Assembly: GCA_965657825.1 (NCBI GenBank)
Contig: CBFHQG010000003.1
Location: 910 to 64,909 of the forward strand
DNA from: Actinomycetes bacterium
GTDB lineage: Bacteria; Actinomycetota; Actinomycetes; S36-B12
Length of the DNA stretch: 64,000 nucleotides
Reading direction: 5' to 3'
The translations under genes and the position numbers were made by a program. Of this stretch, positions 55,174 through 64,000 are shown one piece after another. Each line of letters opens with the position of its first letter. The first letter of the stretch is position 1. The notes below the pieces were generated by a model that did no database searches, was not told the DNA's origin, and saw only the letters and a program-made list of their open reading frames with translations.

Positions 55174-56370
55174 TCATCGACGGGCGTCGGCGTTCGACCG
55201 TCGCAGCTCCTCGAGCATCCGATCAACCTCGGTGACGATGGCTCCACCGAGCAGGAGCGCACCGGTGTCATCGACGTTCTTCAGGCTCTGCACCGACCGC
55301 GAGCGCCCCTCGACGACGGCATCGAGGGCGTGGATGACACCCGTCGGCGGATCACCGCCCTGCTCGATGCTGCTCGCCAGCGAGGAGGCGTGCACGCTGA
55401 GTGCCGCGCCGGTCGAGGCGAGCATGGCGGAGATGCCCTCCGGGACGTACACGTCACCTCGCGCGGTGGCATCGAAGAGCCCGCGGGCGATGTCGTTGAC
55501 CTGTCCGGTGGTCTGCTGCAGGACGGTGTACTGGTCGCGGATCGCCTGACCCTTCGAGCGATGTGCCCGCGACGTCGCCACGGCAACACGGGAGCCGAGG
55601 GCGAGGTCGTCGAGCGTTTCGCCGAGGCGTCGGACGTCGACTGCGAGCGCGCGGCACTCGGTGAGCCATTGGCTGGCCTGGCGCCGGGTGCAACCGTTGG
55701 CCGAGTGCGTGCCGATATCGGTGAGCACGGCAGCGAGGCGGGAGTTCAAGTCCGAGAGTTGTTCGGTGATGCGCTGGTCGGGGGTTTCCGGGTGCGCGAT
55801 GAAGGAGAAGATCATGCCGACAACGACACCGAGCAGGGTCGCTGCGATGCGGTGGATGATGACCTCATCGGTCAGGCCCTCACCGAGGACGTAGACGAAC
55901 AAGGCGGTCGCGGGGATCTGCAGTGATCCTTCGGCACCGAGCCGCATCACGCGACCGATGATCAGTGACACCGCGACGATGACGCCTGCGGTCCACACGT
56001 GCAGTCCCCACACCTGGTACAGCGCGAAGGCGACGAGGAGGGCTGCGGCCGTCGCACCGAGCAGGGAGATCCCCGTGCGCAGGGAGCGGTTGACCGATAG
56101 GGCCACGGTGAGCACCGCGGCGACGGCTGCCGGTACCGGGCTGGCGATCCCCGCCATCGACGCGACCATCCACGCGATGGCGGCGGCGACCGCGGTGACG
56201 GCGATCCACCAGGCGGTCACCCAGGAACGAGCAAGTGCGCGGGTCGCACGACCGGCGAGACTGCGCGGAGTGAAGCGTGAGGCCAGGCCATCGAGACGGG
56301 CTTGGACGGCTCGCGATGCCGAACGCAGGACCCGGCCCGGGGAACGGGGGGTCAGCTGGGGTGCAGCCAC
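55174..56370 (-). CDS. FUSC/aromatic acid exporter-like membrane protein
   Basis: 398 aa with about 5 N-terminal TM helices followed by a long helical cytoplasmic domain. Confidence 0.6.
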   Translation of the reverse strand: MAAPQLTPRSPGRVLRSASRAVQARLDGLASRFTPRSLAGRATRALARSWVTAWWIAVTAVAAAIAWMVASMAGIASPVPAAVAAVLTVALSVNRSLRTGISLLGATAAALLVAFALYQVWGLHVWTAGVIVAVSLIIGRVMRLGAEGSLQIPATALFVYVLGEGLTDEVIIHRIAATLLGVVVGMIFSFIAHPETPDQRITEQLSDLNSRLAAVLTDIGTHSANGCTRRQASQWLTECRALAVDVRRLGETLDDLALGSRVAVATSRAHRSKGQAIRDQYTVLQQTTGQVNDIARGLFDATARGDVYVPEGISAMLASTGAALSVHASSLASSIEQGGDPPTGVIHALDAVVEGRSRSVQSLKNVDDTGALLLGGAIVTEVDRMLEELRRSNADARR

Positions 56371-56487
56371 GGGGGAACTCCGATGAAAGTAACGGTAATG
56401 TCGCGAAATTATCGCATATCTATCCCAGATGTGACAAGCCCGTGATCAATCCCTTCCCTCCACACACGGACCGCCTAACCTCCAGAC

Positions 56488-57519
56488 ATGCAGGTGGTCA
56501 GCTACGACTCCTTCGCCGGGCCCATCGGGGTCGCCGAGGTGCCCGACCCGACACCCACCGCGGACGGGGTGGTGATCGAGGTCGCCCTGACCGGGCTGTG
56601 CCGCAGTGACTGGCACGGCTGGCAGGGGCACGACGACGCGATCACCACACTTCCCCACATCCCCGGCCACGAGTTCACCGGGCGCATCGTCGCTCTGGGC
56701 GAGCAGGTGCAGCGCTGGCGTACCGGTGATCGCGTGGCGGTGCCGTTCGTGTGCGCCTGCGGCACCTGCACCACCTGCGAAACCGGGGCCTATCAGGTGT
56801 GTCCGAACCAATGGCAGCCGGGATTCCACGGGTGGGGATCCTTCGCTCAGTACGTCGCCGTTCCCTACGCCGACGCCAATCTTGTGCGCCTTCCGGCATC
56901 GATCAGTGACGCTGCCGCCACCGCACTCGGCTGCCGCACGGCGACGGCGTGGCGAGCACTCGCTCTCATCGGTCGCCTGCAGCCGGGAGAGGAGCTCGTC
57001 GTTCATGGTGCCGGTGGTGTCGGCTTATCCGCGGTGATGATCGCCCGCGCACTCGGAGCCCGCACGACGGTCGTCGATCCAGATCCCGATGCCCGCATGC
57101 TGGCCGAGAACCTCGGAGCCGCCGTCACTATGGCGCCGAGCGACTCGACGGTGGACGACGTCATCGACGCCACCGCTGGCGGTGCTCACGTCTCGCTGGA
57201 CGCCATCGGGTCGCCGAACATCCCCGAGGTGAGCATCCTCGGGCTGCGTCGCCGCGGTCGACATGTGCAGGCAGGGTTGCTCCCTCATGGCGCCCCCATC
57301 CCCATGGGTCGGGTGATCGCCTGGGAACTGTCTGTACTGGGTACCCACGGTCTGGCCGCGCACGACTATCCGGAGCTTCTCGCACTGGTCGACCAGGGAC
57401 GCATCCGACCCGAATCGCTGCACACCCGCACGATCGGTCTTACCGACGTGCCGGCGGCCTTGATGGCGATGGACACCGCCGAGCACCCCGCCGGCGTCAC
57501 CTTGATCACTCCGAGTTGA
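56488..57519 (+). CDS. zinc-binding alcohol dehydrogenase family protein
   Basis: 343 aa with GLCRSDWH, GHEFTGRIV, a CGTCTTC structural-zinc cluster and GAGGVGLSA. Confidence 0.85.
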   Translation: MQVVSYDSFAGPIGVAEVPDPTPTADGVVIEVALTGLCRSDWHGWQGHDDAITTLPHIPGHEFTGRIVALGEQVQRWRTGDRVAVPFVCACGTCTTCETGAYQVCPNQWQPGFHGWGSFAQYVAVPYADANLVRLPASISDAAATALGCRTATAWRALALIGRLQPGEELVVHGAGGVGLSAVMIARALGARTTVVDPDPDARMLAENLGAAVTMAPSDSTVDDVIDATAGGAHVSLDAIGSPNIPEVSILGLRRRGRHVQAGLLPHGAPIPMGRVIAWELSVLGTHGLAAHDYPELLALVDQGRIRPESLHTRTIGLTDVPAALMAMDTAEHPAGVTLITPS

Positions 57520-57551
57520 GATCACTCCGAGTTGAGATCAGTCCGAACTGA
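57504..57551. repeat. 16-bp tandem triplication across a convergent gene junction
   Basis: GATCACTCCGAGTTGA occurs twice perfectly (57504-57519 and 57520-57535). The third unit, GATCAGTCCGAACTGA, has 3 mismatches. Confidence 0.85.
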
Positions 57552-58578
57552 TTCCGCGACTCGCATCAGTCGGCCAGAAGTCGGGCAGGGTGTACCCGGT
57601 CGGGAACGGGTCCTGCGGATCGAGCACCCACTCGGCGCGACCGGTGATGAACGTACGCCCGGTGATCGACGGGATGATGGCGGGAACTCCGCCGACCTGC
57701 GCTTCAGCAAGAGCACGCCCGATGAACCGGGTGCCCAGGATGCTCTCGTGCACGAACTGCTCACCGATCGTCAGCTGACCCCGTGCCACACGCGCCGCCA
57801 TGCGTCCGCAGGTGCCGGTTCCACAGGGCGATCGGTCCAGCGCGCCGGGCAGGATCACCGTGTTGCGGCCCGGGGCACCCGCCGCATCCGGGTCGGCGTA
57901 GATCATCACGAGCCCGATCGCATCGATCGAGGGATTATCAGGATGAACGACATCGATCTGCTCCAGTGCTGCCGCCTTGATGCGCATCCCCAGGTCGAGT
58001 AGTTCACGTGCGTTGTCTCGATGCAGCTCTACTCCGAGCATGTCGGCGCGCACCTGCGCGAAGAACTGCCCACCGAACACCACATCGATAGGAACGACCC
58101 CGAAGCCGGGAATCGATAGCGATCGGTCCAGGTCGACGACATACGCGGGCACGTTGGTGACCGTCACGTCGATGATCCGACCGTTCGTGCAGCGCGCCTC
58201 GGCCGTCACCAGACCCACCGCGGTCTCCAGCGTCACCGTCGTCACCGGCTCGGTCATCTCGATGATTCCTGCGTCGAGCATTCCGGTGACCGCGCACATC
58301 GTGTTGCTGCCCGACATCGCGGTGAAGCCGCCCTGCTCGAGCACGATGATCCCCGCATCGGCATCCGTGCGAGTCGGAGGTAGTACGAACACCGCACACG
58401 TCGCCGGATAGCCTCGCGGCTCGTGCAGCAGCAGGGTTCTCAGAAAGTCGAGATTCGCCACGCAATAGTCGAAGCGCTCCTCGATGGTGTCGCCTTCGAC
58501 CCAGCGTTCGGCATCGAGCACCACCCGCCCGGGCTCACCCTCGGCGTGCACCTCGATCGTGCGAACGGGGGTGTCCAT
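57538..58578 (-). CDS. proline racemase family protein, Ser/Cys type (epimerase or hydroxyproline dehydratase)
   Basis: 346 aa. The first catalytic position reads AMSGSNT (Ser where the paralog at 49116-50117 has MCGHGT). The second reads DRSPCGTGT (Cys). Confidence 0.75.
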   Translation of the reverse strand: MDTPVRTIEVHAEGEPGRVVLDAERWVEGDTIEERFDYCVANLDFLRTLLLHEPRGYPATCAVFVLPPTRTDADAGIIVLEQGGFTAMSGSNTMCAVTGMLDAGIIEMTEPVTTVTLETAVGLVTAEARCTNGRIIDVTVTNVPAYVVDLDRSLSIPGFGVVPIDVVFGGQFFAQVRADMLGVELHRDNARELLDLGMRIKAAALEQIDVVHPDNPSIDAIGLVMIYADPDAAGAPGRNTVILPGALDRSPCGTGTCGRMAARVARGQLTIGEQFVHESILGTRFIGRALAEAQVGGVPAIIPSITGRTFITGRAEWVLDPQDPFPTGYTLPDFWPTDASRGISSD

Positions 58579-58589
58579 GAACTGTCGCC

Positions 58590-59498
58590 TCAGACCAGCG
58601 CGACGCCGGCGGCGCTCAGGGCCGAGGCGAGACGATCACGGGAAGCTTCATCGACCGGCAGCACAGGTGGTCGCATCGGTCCGGCTGAACGACCGATCAG
58701 GTCCATCCCCGTTTTGACCATCGCCACGTAGTTTGCAGATTCCAGCGCCTCGCAGATCGGCCAGATCAATCGCCACAGTCGTCGACCTTCGCCAAGATCA
58801 CCGCGCACAGCCAGTGCATCCCACAGCGCCACACTCAACTCGGGGATGATGTTCGATGCCCCCCATACCGACCCCTTCGCGCCGAGTGCGAGACCAAGGA
58901 AGGTCAGGGTGTCCCAACCGTTGAACGTGGTCACTCGACCAGACTGGCGAAGGAGAAGGTCGGTGAGGGCCGAACCATCTCCACCGGTGTCCTTGACGTA
59001 CCGCACCCCCGTCGCGTCGGCGAGATCACCGAGCTGCTCGGCGCTCAACTGCAGCCCGGTCGCGCCCGGCACGTTGTAGTACATGACCGGAATGTCGATT
59101 GCCGCGACGATCGCGGAGTAGTGCGCGATCAACTCATGCCAGCGAAGAGGGTCGTAGAACGGGGGCACGACCATCACTGCGGCCGCACCTGCACCCTGGG
59201 CGTGACGGCTCAACTCGATGGTCTCCGCAGTCGACATGCTTCCTGTGGACGGCACGACAGGCACGCGGCCATCTGCGATCGAGATCACCGATTCGACGAG
59301 GGTCTCCCGCTCGGCGCGAGTGAGGGTGGTGAATTCACCGGTCGTGCCCGATGGGACGATCCCGTGGATACCACTCGAGATCATCCACTCGAGGTGCTCG
59401 CGCAGCCGCGGCAGATCGATCTGTGCTCCGTCCGAGGTGAACGGGGTGGCGAGGGCGACGAGGATGCCGCCTAGTTCAGTACTGCTCGACGGGCTCAT
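58590..59498 (-). CDS. dihydrodipicolinate synthase family protein (second copy)
   Basis: 302 aa. DapA/NAL-family blocks (GTTGEFTTL, Lys region VRYVKDT). Confidence 0.75.
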   Translation of the reverse strand: MSPSSSTELGGILVALATPFTSDGAQIDLPRLREHLEWMISSGIHGIVPSGTTGEFTTLTRAERETLVESVISIADGRVPVVPSTGSMSTAETIELSRHAQGAGAAAVMVVPPFYDPLRWHELIAHYSAIVAAIDIPVMYYNVPGATGLQLSAEQLGDLADATGVRYVKDTGGDGSALTDLLLRQSGRVTTFNGWDTLTFLGLALGAKGSVWGASNIIPELSVALWDALAVRGDLGEGRRLWRLIWPICEALESANYVAMVKTGMDLIGRSAGPMRPPVLPVDEASRDRLASALSAAGVALV

Positions 59499-59525
59499 GG
59501 TGACCTTTCGAGTCGGGGTAGCGGA

Positions 59526-60803
59526 TCAGGCGGCGCGGCGCAGGAAGCGGCGCGCATCGAAGGGGAGGAGTTCGCGTGGGGAATGCCCGGTGAGCACCAG
59601 CGTCGACATCGCATGGGCGCTTCCGGGGGCGAGCGTGACGCCCATCATCCCGTGACCGGTCGACACATAGGAGTTGACGGAGCCGGGCAAGCGGCCGATG
59701 ATCGGCAGCCCGTCAGGAGTCATCGGTCGCATCCCCGCACCTGCGACGACGTGTGTCGGATCGGCCGGCCAGTCACGGAAGTACTGCGCCGGGGCACGCA
59801 GGATCGCTGCGACACGCACCTCGTTGACGGTTTCGTCATGGGGTCCGAACTCCATCGTGCCGGCCAGTCGCAATCGGTTGGACAGCGGTGTCACGGCAAC
59901 CTTCGCATCAGACAGGTTGACCATCGTGCGCAGATGCACCGGTACCGGATTGCAATCGATCGCATATCCCTTGCCCGCCCGTACCGGCAGATCAGCACCG
60001 AACATCCCCGCAGCCCGCCCGCTCCAGGCACCAGCGGCCAGAATCACCGCATCCACCGGGATACGTTCGGTGTCCGTACGCACCGCGACGATGCGATCAC
60101 CGCGGCGTTCGACCGAGGTGACGCGGGTGTTCTCCGCGAACTCGACACCGAGTTGCCCGCAGCGAGCCCGCAGCCCGGCGACGAGCGAACCAGGATCAAG
60201 ATGGCGCTCCGATGGGAAGTAGATCCCACCGGACACCTCGTCGGTGAGGGCCGGTTCACGCTCACGCACCGCATCGCCCATGAGGATGGCCGAATCCAGC
60301 CCGAAACTCGCCGGGATATCCAGGTGCTCGGCGTGGTGGTGCAGTTTTTCCGCCGACAGATAGGCCAGAAGCAAACCGTCGGTGTGCATCTCGAACGAGA
60401 CACCATCGGCGGTGTACTCATCGAGCATCTCCATCGTGCCTGCGGCCAGTGCGAGTTGGGCGGCCAGGCCAGCCCGGAAGTCACGAGCGTTGCTGCGCCG
60501 CCACATCCCGAGCATGAACCTCACGTGGCTGGGGGCGAGTGAGGGTTTGATGTAGAGCGGGCTATCGCGGTGCAGCATCCATTTCATCGACTGCGCGATC
60601 ACCCCGGGAGCGGGGACGGGGGCAGCCTCTGCGGGCACCACCCAACCGGCATTGACTGTCGAGGCTCCCCGACCGGTTGTGCGCTGGTCGATGACGGTGA
60701 CCTGAGCGCCGCGACGAGCTAGATCGTAGGCCTGGGTCAGGCCGATGACCCCACCGCCGATGATGGCGATGTGCTGTCCGGATGCCTGCTGTGACTCCGC
60801 CAT
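59526..60803 (-). CDS. FAD-dependent D-amino acid dehydrogenase-like oxidoreductase
   Basis: 425 aa with IAIIGGGVIGL and DadA-like blocks. It may be a homomeric D-hydroxyproline dehydrogenase type. Confidence 0.75.
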   Translation of the reverse strand: MAESQQASGQHIAIIGGGVIGLTQAYDLARRGAQVTVIDQRTTGRGASTVNAGWVVPAEAAPVPAPGVIAQSMKWMLHRDSPLYIKPSLAPSHVRFMLGMWRRSNARDFRAGLAAQLALAAGTMEMLDEYTADGVSFEMHTDGLLLAYLSAEKLHHHAEHLDIPASFGLDSAILMGDAVREREPALTDEVSGGIYFPSERHLDPGSLVAGLRARCGQLGVEFAENTRVTSVERRGDRIVAVRTDTERIPVDAVILAAGAWSGRAAGMFGADLPVRAGKGYAIDCNPVPVHLRTMVNLSDAKVAVTPLSNRLRLAGTMEFGPHDETVNEVRVAAILRAPAQYFRDWPADPTHVVAGAGMRPMTPDGLPIIGRLPGSVNSYVSTGHGMMGVTLAPGSAHAMSTLVLTGHSPRELLPFDARRFLRRAA

Positions 60804-60845
60804 GCGCGGCAGTCTAGGGGCCCTACCGCAATGCCAGGAGGCCCG

Positions 60846-62336
60846 TCAGGAGGAGGGCCAGTCGGCGAGGGTGTCCAGGAACATCCGACGGACCTTGGTC
60901 ACCTGTTTGTCGATGGTCTCCGTCTTCCATTTCGCCGTTGAGATCGGGGGGAGCACGACCACCTGCAGCGTTCCGGAGTTCACCAGCGGTACGTGAGCGG
61001 GCATGAGTTCACCGGCGTTGCGGATCACGACCGGCACCATCGGCACCCCGGCCTGCATCGCGACGTGGAAGGCCCCCTTCTTGAATCTTCCTAGCGCAGG
61101 GGTCGCCGAACGCGTCCCCTCCGGCGCCATCGCAAGAGATCGACCCGCACGCAGCGCCTCGACAGCCGGAGCCAGGGCCTGTTTGGCCTGCTCGGTATTC
61201 GCCCGGTCGATGAAGGCGACATCGCCCAGCCAACCCAGGGGGCCAAAGAGCGGATCGTTCTTCAGTTCCTTTTTCGCGACTCCGGTGAAGTCCTGACGCA
61301 GCAGTGCCGCGAGGATCACCACATCGAGTTGGCTCTGGTGGTTGAACACGAAGACAGCCGGGCGATGCGACCACAGGTTCTGCGAGCCAACGACATCCAT
61401 TGAGATGCCAGCTGCCGCCAGGGCCAGATCCGAACCCACCGAAGCGGTGATATCGACGGCGGTGCGCCGGTCTCGATTGACCGCCCCGAGCCCGAGGCCG
61501 ACCGCTAGTCCGGCTCCTACTCCAACGAGCGCCGCTGCCGTGCGCACCACCGTCGTCGGTGTCGGCCGGACAGGCCGCTGAAGTCGTGACACGGGCCAGT
61601 GACGCTCTCGTGCTGCCTTCACCAGATCATCATCGGGATTCAAGGGGCGAGGGTGACCCACCGTCTCGAGATAGGCGACATCCTCTCCGCCATTGCCATA
61701 GGCGTAGCACTCGGCGAGATCGATATCGCGTTGTGCGGCGAACTCACGAACCGCCTGCGCCTTGTTGTCGCCCCAAAGAATCGGACCAGAGACCAATCCG
61801 GTGAGCACCCCGTCGACGACATCGACCTGGGTGCACAGCACCTCGTCGATGCCGAGATCGACCGCCGCGGCTTCCACCTGGAAACTCGTTGCCGAAGACG
61901 CCATGACCACGGTGTGCCCACGTCGCCTATGCGCGGCGATGAGCACCCTCGCCTCGGGAAAGATCGTGTGCGCGATGCTCGACTTGAACACGCGCTCCCC
62001 CATCTGGCGGACATCGTCCAGTGACCACCCGGACAGCGCTCCCACTCCGAGGTTCATCAATCGATCGACATCGTGACCACGGGCCTCGACATTGACCGTC
62101 TGCACGACCGCGTCGATCAACTGGCGGGCATTGACTCCGCGATTGCGAAGTCGGTCACGAAAGAAAGCGACCGCGGAATAACCGTCGATCAGTGTGCCGT
62201 CGAAGTCGAAGAACGCGACGATCTGCGGCCCCTCCGGCGACGCATCGACCTCTGCGACGAGCGCATCGATTCCGTTGATCTCGCCGTTGATCTTCACCCT
62301 CGTACTCCCACGTCTCGACTGTTCATGCCCGTGCAT
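60846..62336 (-). CDS. HAD-IB family hydrolase fused to a 1-acyl-sn-glycerol-3-phosphate acyltransferase (PlsC-like) domain
   Basis: N-terminal HAD motif I FFDFDGTLIDG. The central part contains TM segments. The C-terminal part has the acyltransferase motifs NHQSQLD and APEGTRS. The start is uncertain: ATG at 62336 or GTG at 62297. Confidence 0.75.
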   Translation of the reverse strand: MHGHEQSRRGSTRVKINGEINGIDALVAEVDASPEGPQIVAFFDFDGTLIDGYSAVAFFRDRLRNRGVNARQLIDAVVQTVNVEARGHDVDRLMNLGVGALSGWSLDDVRQMGERVFKSSIAHTIFPEARVLIAAHRRRGHTVVMASSATSFQVEAAAVDLGIDEVLCTQVDVVDGVLTGLVSGPILWGDNKAQAVREFAAQRDIDLAECYAYGNGGEDVAYLETVGHPRPLNPDDDLVKAARERHWPVSRLQRPVRPTPTTVVRTAAALVGVGAGLAVGLGLGAVNRDRRTAVDITASVGSDLALAAAGISMDVVGSQNLWSHRPAVFVFNHQSQLDVVILAALLRQDFTGVAKKELKNDPLFGPLGWLGDVAFIDRANTEQAKQALAPAVEALRAGRSLAMAPEGTRSATPALGRFKKGAFHVAMQAGVPMVPVVIRNAGELMPAHVPLVNSGTLQVVVLPPISTAKWKTETIDKQVTKVRRMFLDTLADWPSS

Positions 62337-64000
62337 TCCGCAGCGCGTTGGCCACGTCGAACTCATCATCCGATAGTCGAGCCAGGGCCGCCCGTCGGAC
62401 GATCGCGACCCGCTCGACCGCCCGATCCAGCTCATCGGCGAACTCCCGACGCCGTTGTGCGAGCTCGTCACCCCCCTGCCCCAGCAGGCCCCGGTTGTCA
62501 GCCAGGCGTATGGCTCCGCGCATGAGATCCCGTGAGATCGACTCAGGTGAGTGAAGTCGATGCTGTAACCAATCCTGGTGAGCGATCCCGAGGCATTCGT
62601 CCACGATCGCGTCTTCGTCGACAGGGTCGCCCGGATCGGACTCGGCGAGCCGATCAGCGACGACCGCGTACGCCTCGAGGAACGGCCCGATCACCCGATG
62701 AGAGAGGTACAGCGAGGTGTCGTCGAGGGCAGCGACCACCTCGGCGACGGAGAGGTCCTCGCCCTCCCAGCCTGGCCTGGCAATGTCGATCTCGTCACGG
62801 ATCTGCTCGGCGAAGTCACGCTTCCGCGGAAAGAAGAACTCGAACTTCAACAGATCCCGCAGGGCGAGAGCGCAGTACCACGAGTCGTCGACGACATCGT
62901 CGGCCTTGCTTTCTGCCGCAGCGAGCAGAGCGTTCTCCGCCACCGCTCGGTAGACGAACCAGTGCGCAACCGTATTGCGGTAGAACGCTGCCTCGTGCTG
63001 GCGATCGCGGGCGACGGAGTAGACGGTCTTCGGCCCGCCGCTGTAGGACTCCACGACTCCCTCGCGCTGCAGTGAGGCCAGGGCGCGACGCAATTCATCT
63101 GGTCGGGCGAGATCGATGTCGGTGGTGAGCGGCAGGCGCCGCTTGCGCGCGTAGGAGAGCAGCGGGTCGAGGATTTCCAGCAATTCCTCGAGGGTGAGGG
63201 CGCGCCCCTCGTTGTCGAGCAGCGCGAAGGTCACCAGTGCCGACGGAGTGATCGGCGTCGCGTCGTTGATGCGGTGGGCGATCTCGAAGGCGACCCGCGG
63301 CACGACCGTGCGCGCATCGAACGAACCGGCGCGTTCACGGGCATCCTCGAGGGCTTCCCCCAGGCGCAGCGGCTCGCCGAAGCGCACATGGGCCTGCCCG
63401 CGTCGGAGTGACTGAGCGCGGGCGAAACTGACCAGCCAGCGCAGACTCTCCGGAGCCTTCGCGCCCCCACCGTCCTCGGCTGAGATGGCCTCCACCTCAT
63501 GCTGCTGGTCGTACACGATCGAGACGGGGACGACATACACCTCGGGGGCATGAATGTCAGGTTGGGCCTGGTTCTCCAGATAGGCATCGACGAGGTAGCG
63601 CAGCACACCCATGCGCGGAGGCCGCAGCTTCCCCGTGCGGGTGCGGCCACCTTCGAAGTACCACTCCAGGTTCGCGCGTCTTTCCAGTAGGCAAGCGAGA
63701 TACAGCCGCATCATCGCCGGATAGATCGGATCATCTCGAGTGCTGCGACGGATGAACACCATCCCCGCGCGCTTGGCGATCAGCGTCGCCGGCCACATCG
63801 CCAGGTTGATCCCGCCCAGGATGAAGTTGCTGGGCAGTCCACCCTGCTCCAGAACGCGACGCAGCACCAGCGGGTCGAGATACGAGCGGTGATTGGGCAG
63901 GAAGACCAGGGAGTGCTGGGCACTCAGAGCACGCAGCTTCGGCAGGTACTCGGTGGCGGCATCGATGGAGTACGACCGAGACAGCCAGCGACCGAAGGAA
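62323..64000 (-). CDS. plsB: glycerol-3-phosphate acyltransferase (partial; N-terminus lies beyond the window)
   Basis: The frame stays open to the window edge. My manual translation upstream of 63867 gives LVFLPNHRSYLDPLVL (HxxxxD motif), followed by FIRRS and YFEGGRTRTGKL blocks and a long helical C-domain. Confidence 0.8.
   Translation of the reverse strand, partial: SFGRWLSRSYSIDAATEYLPKLRALSAQHSLVFLPNHRSYLDPLVLRRVLEQGGLPSNFILGGINLAMWPATLIAKRAGMVFIRRSTRDDPIYPAMMRLYLACLLERRANLEWYFEGGRTRTGKLRPPRMGVLRYLVDAYLENQAQPDIHAPEVYVVPVSIVYDQQHEVEAISAEDGGGAKAPESLRWLVSFARAQSLRRGQAHVRFGEPLRLGEALEDARERAGSFDARTVVPRVAFEIAHRINDATPITPSALVTFALLDNEGRALTLEELLEILDPLLSYARKRRLPLTTDIDLARPDELRRALASLQREGVVESYSGGPKTVYSVARDRQHEAAFYRNTVAHWFVYRAVAENALLAAAESKADDVVDDSWYCALALRDLLKFEFFFPRKRDFAEQIRDEIDIARPGWEGEDLSVAEVVAALDDTSLYLSHRVIGPFLEAYAVVADRLAESDPGDPVDEDAIVDECLGIAHQDWLQHRLHSPESISRDLMRGAIRLADNRGLLGQGGDELAQRRREFADELDRAVERVAIVRRAALARLSDDEFDVANALRNARA

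Noticed and set aside
1-64000. A search for CRISPR arrays, tRNA/rRNA genes, IS elements, integrases, prophage genes, toxin-antitoxin pairs and known defence-system genes.
   Set aside because: I saw no spaced direct-repeat arrays, no cloverleaf-like or rRNA-like sequence, and no transposase, integrase or recombinase motifs. The only repeats found are the short tandem units and the two-copy hairpin element reported above.

Overview
This is a gene-dense, high-GC chromosomal segment. Hand-counted 60-nt samples give about 72% GC in core genes. The gene content and order look like Actinomycetota, possibly Micrococcales-like, but I cannot name the genus. I support about 58 CDS. I saw no rRNA, tRNA, CRISPR array, transposase or integrase.

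The left third (1-27.8 kb) is the conserved actinobacterial block lysS-coaX-panC...folK-folB-folP-folE-ftsH-hpt-tilS-dacB-ppa. From memory, this is the same order as M. tuberculosis Rv3598c-Rv3628. It departs from that order in three places:
- (a) The panD slot holds an in-frame nadB-nadC fusion.
- (b) A MidA/NDUFAF7-like methyltransferase and an orphan NuoD/NDUFS2-like gene bracket the ydbS/ydbT PH-domain membrane genes.
- (c) A roughly 5.4-kb lower-GC insert (12.3-17.7 kb) encodes a 923-aa Pmp-repeat beta-helix/FN3 secreted protein and a LuxR-type two-component system with an atypical kinase.

The middle of the window holds small housekeeping genes, fadBA plus a TetR regulator, a membrane protein coupled to a NadR-like kinase, and histidine utilisation (hutG, hutHIU, IclR regulator). 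The right third holds two hydroxyproline-type catabolic modules flanking putA, followed by a HAD-PlsC fusion and a partial plsB.

Many genes are chained by 4-nt (ATGA/GTGA) or 8-nt overlaps. Several short tandem repeats, palindromes and one repeated ~60-nt intergenic hairpin element are visible.

The best candidate for something undescribed is the MidA-like methyltransferase / orphan NuoD-like / PH-domain membrane protein module at 7.9-12.2 kb. All functional calls rest on motif recognition by eye. No database search was run.
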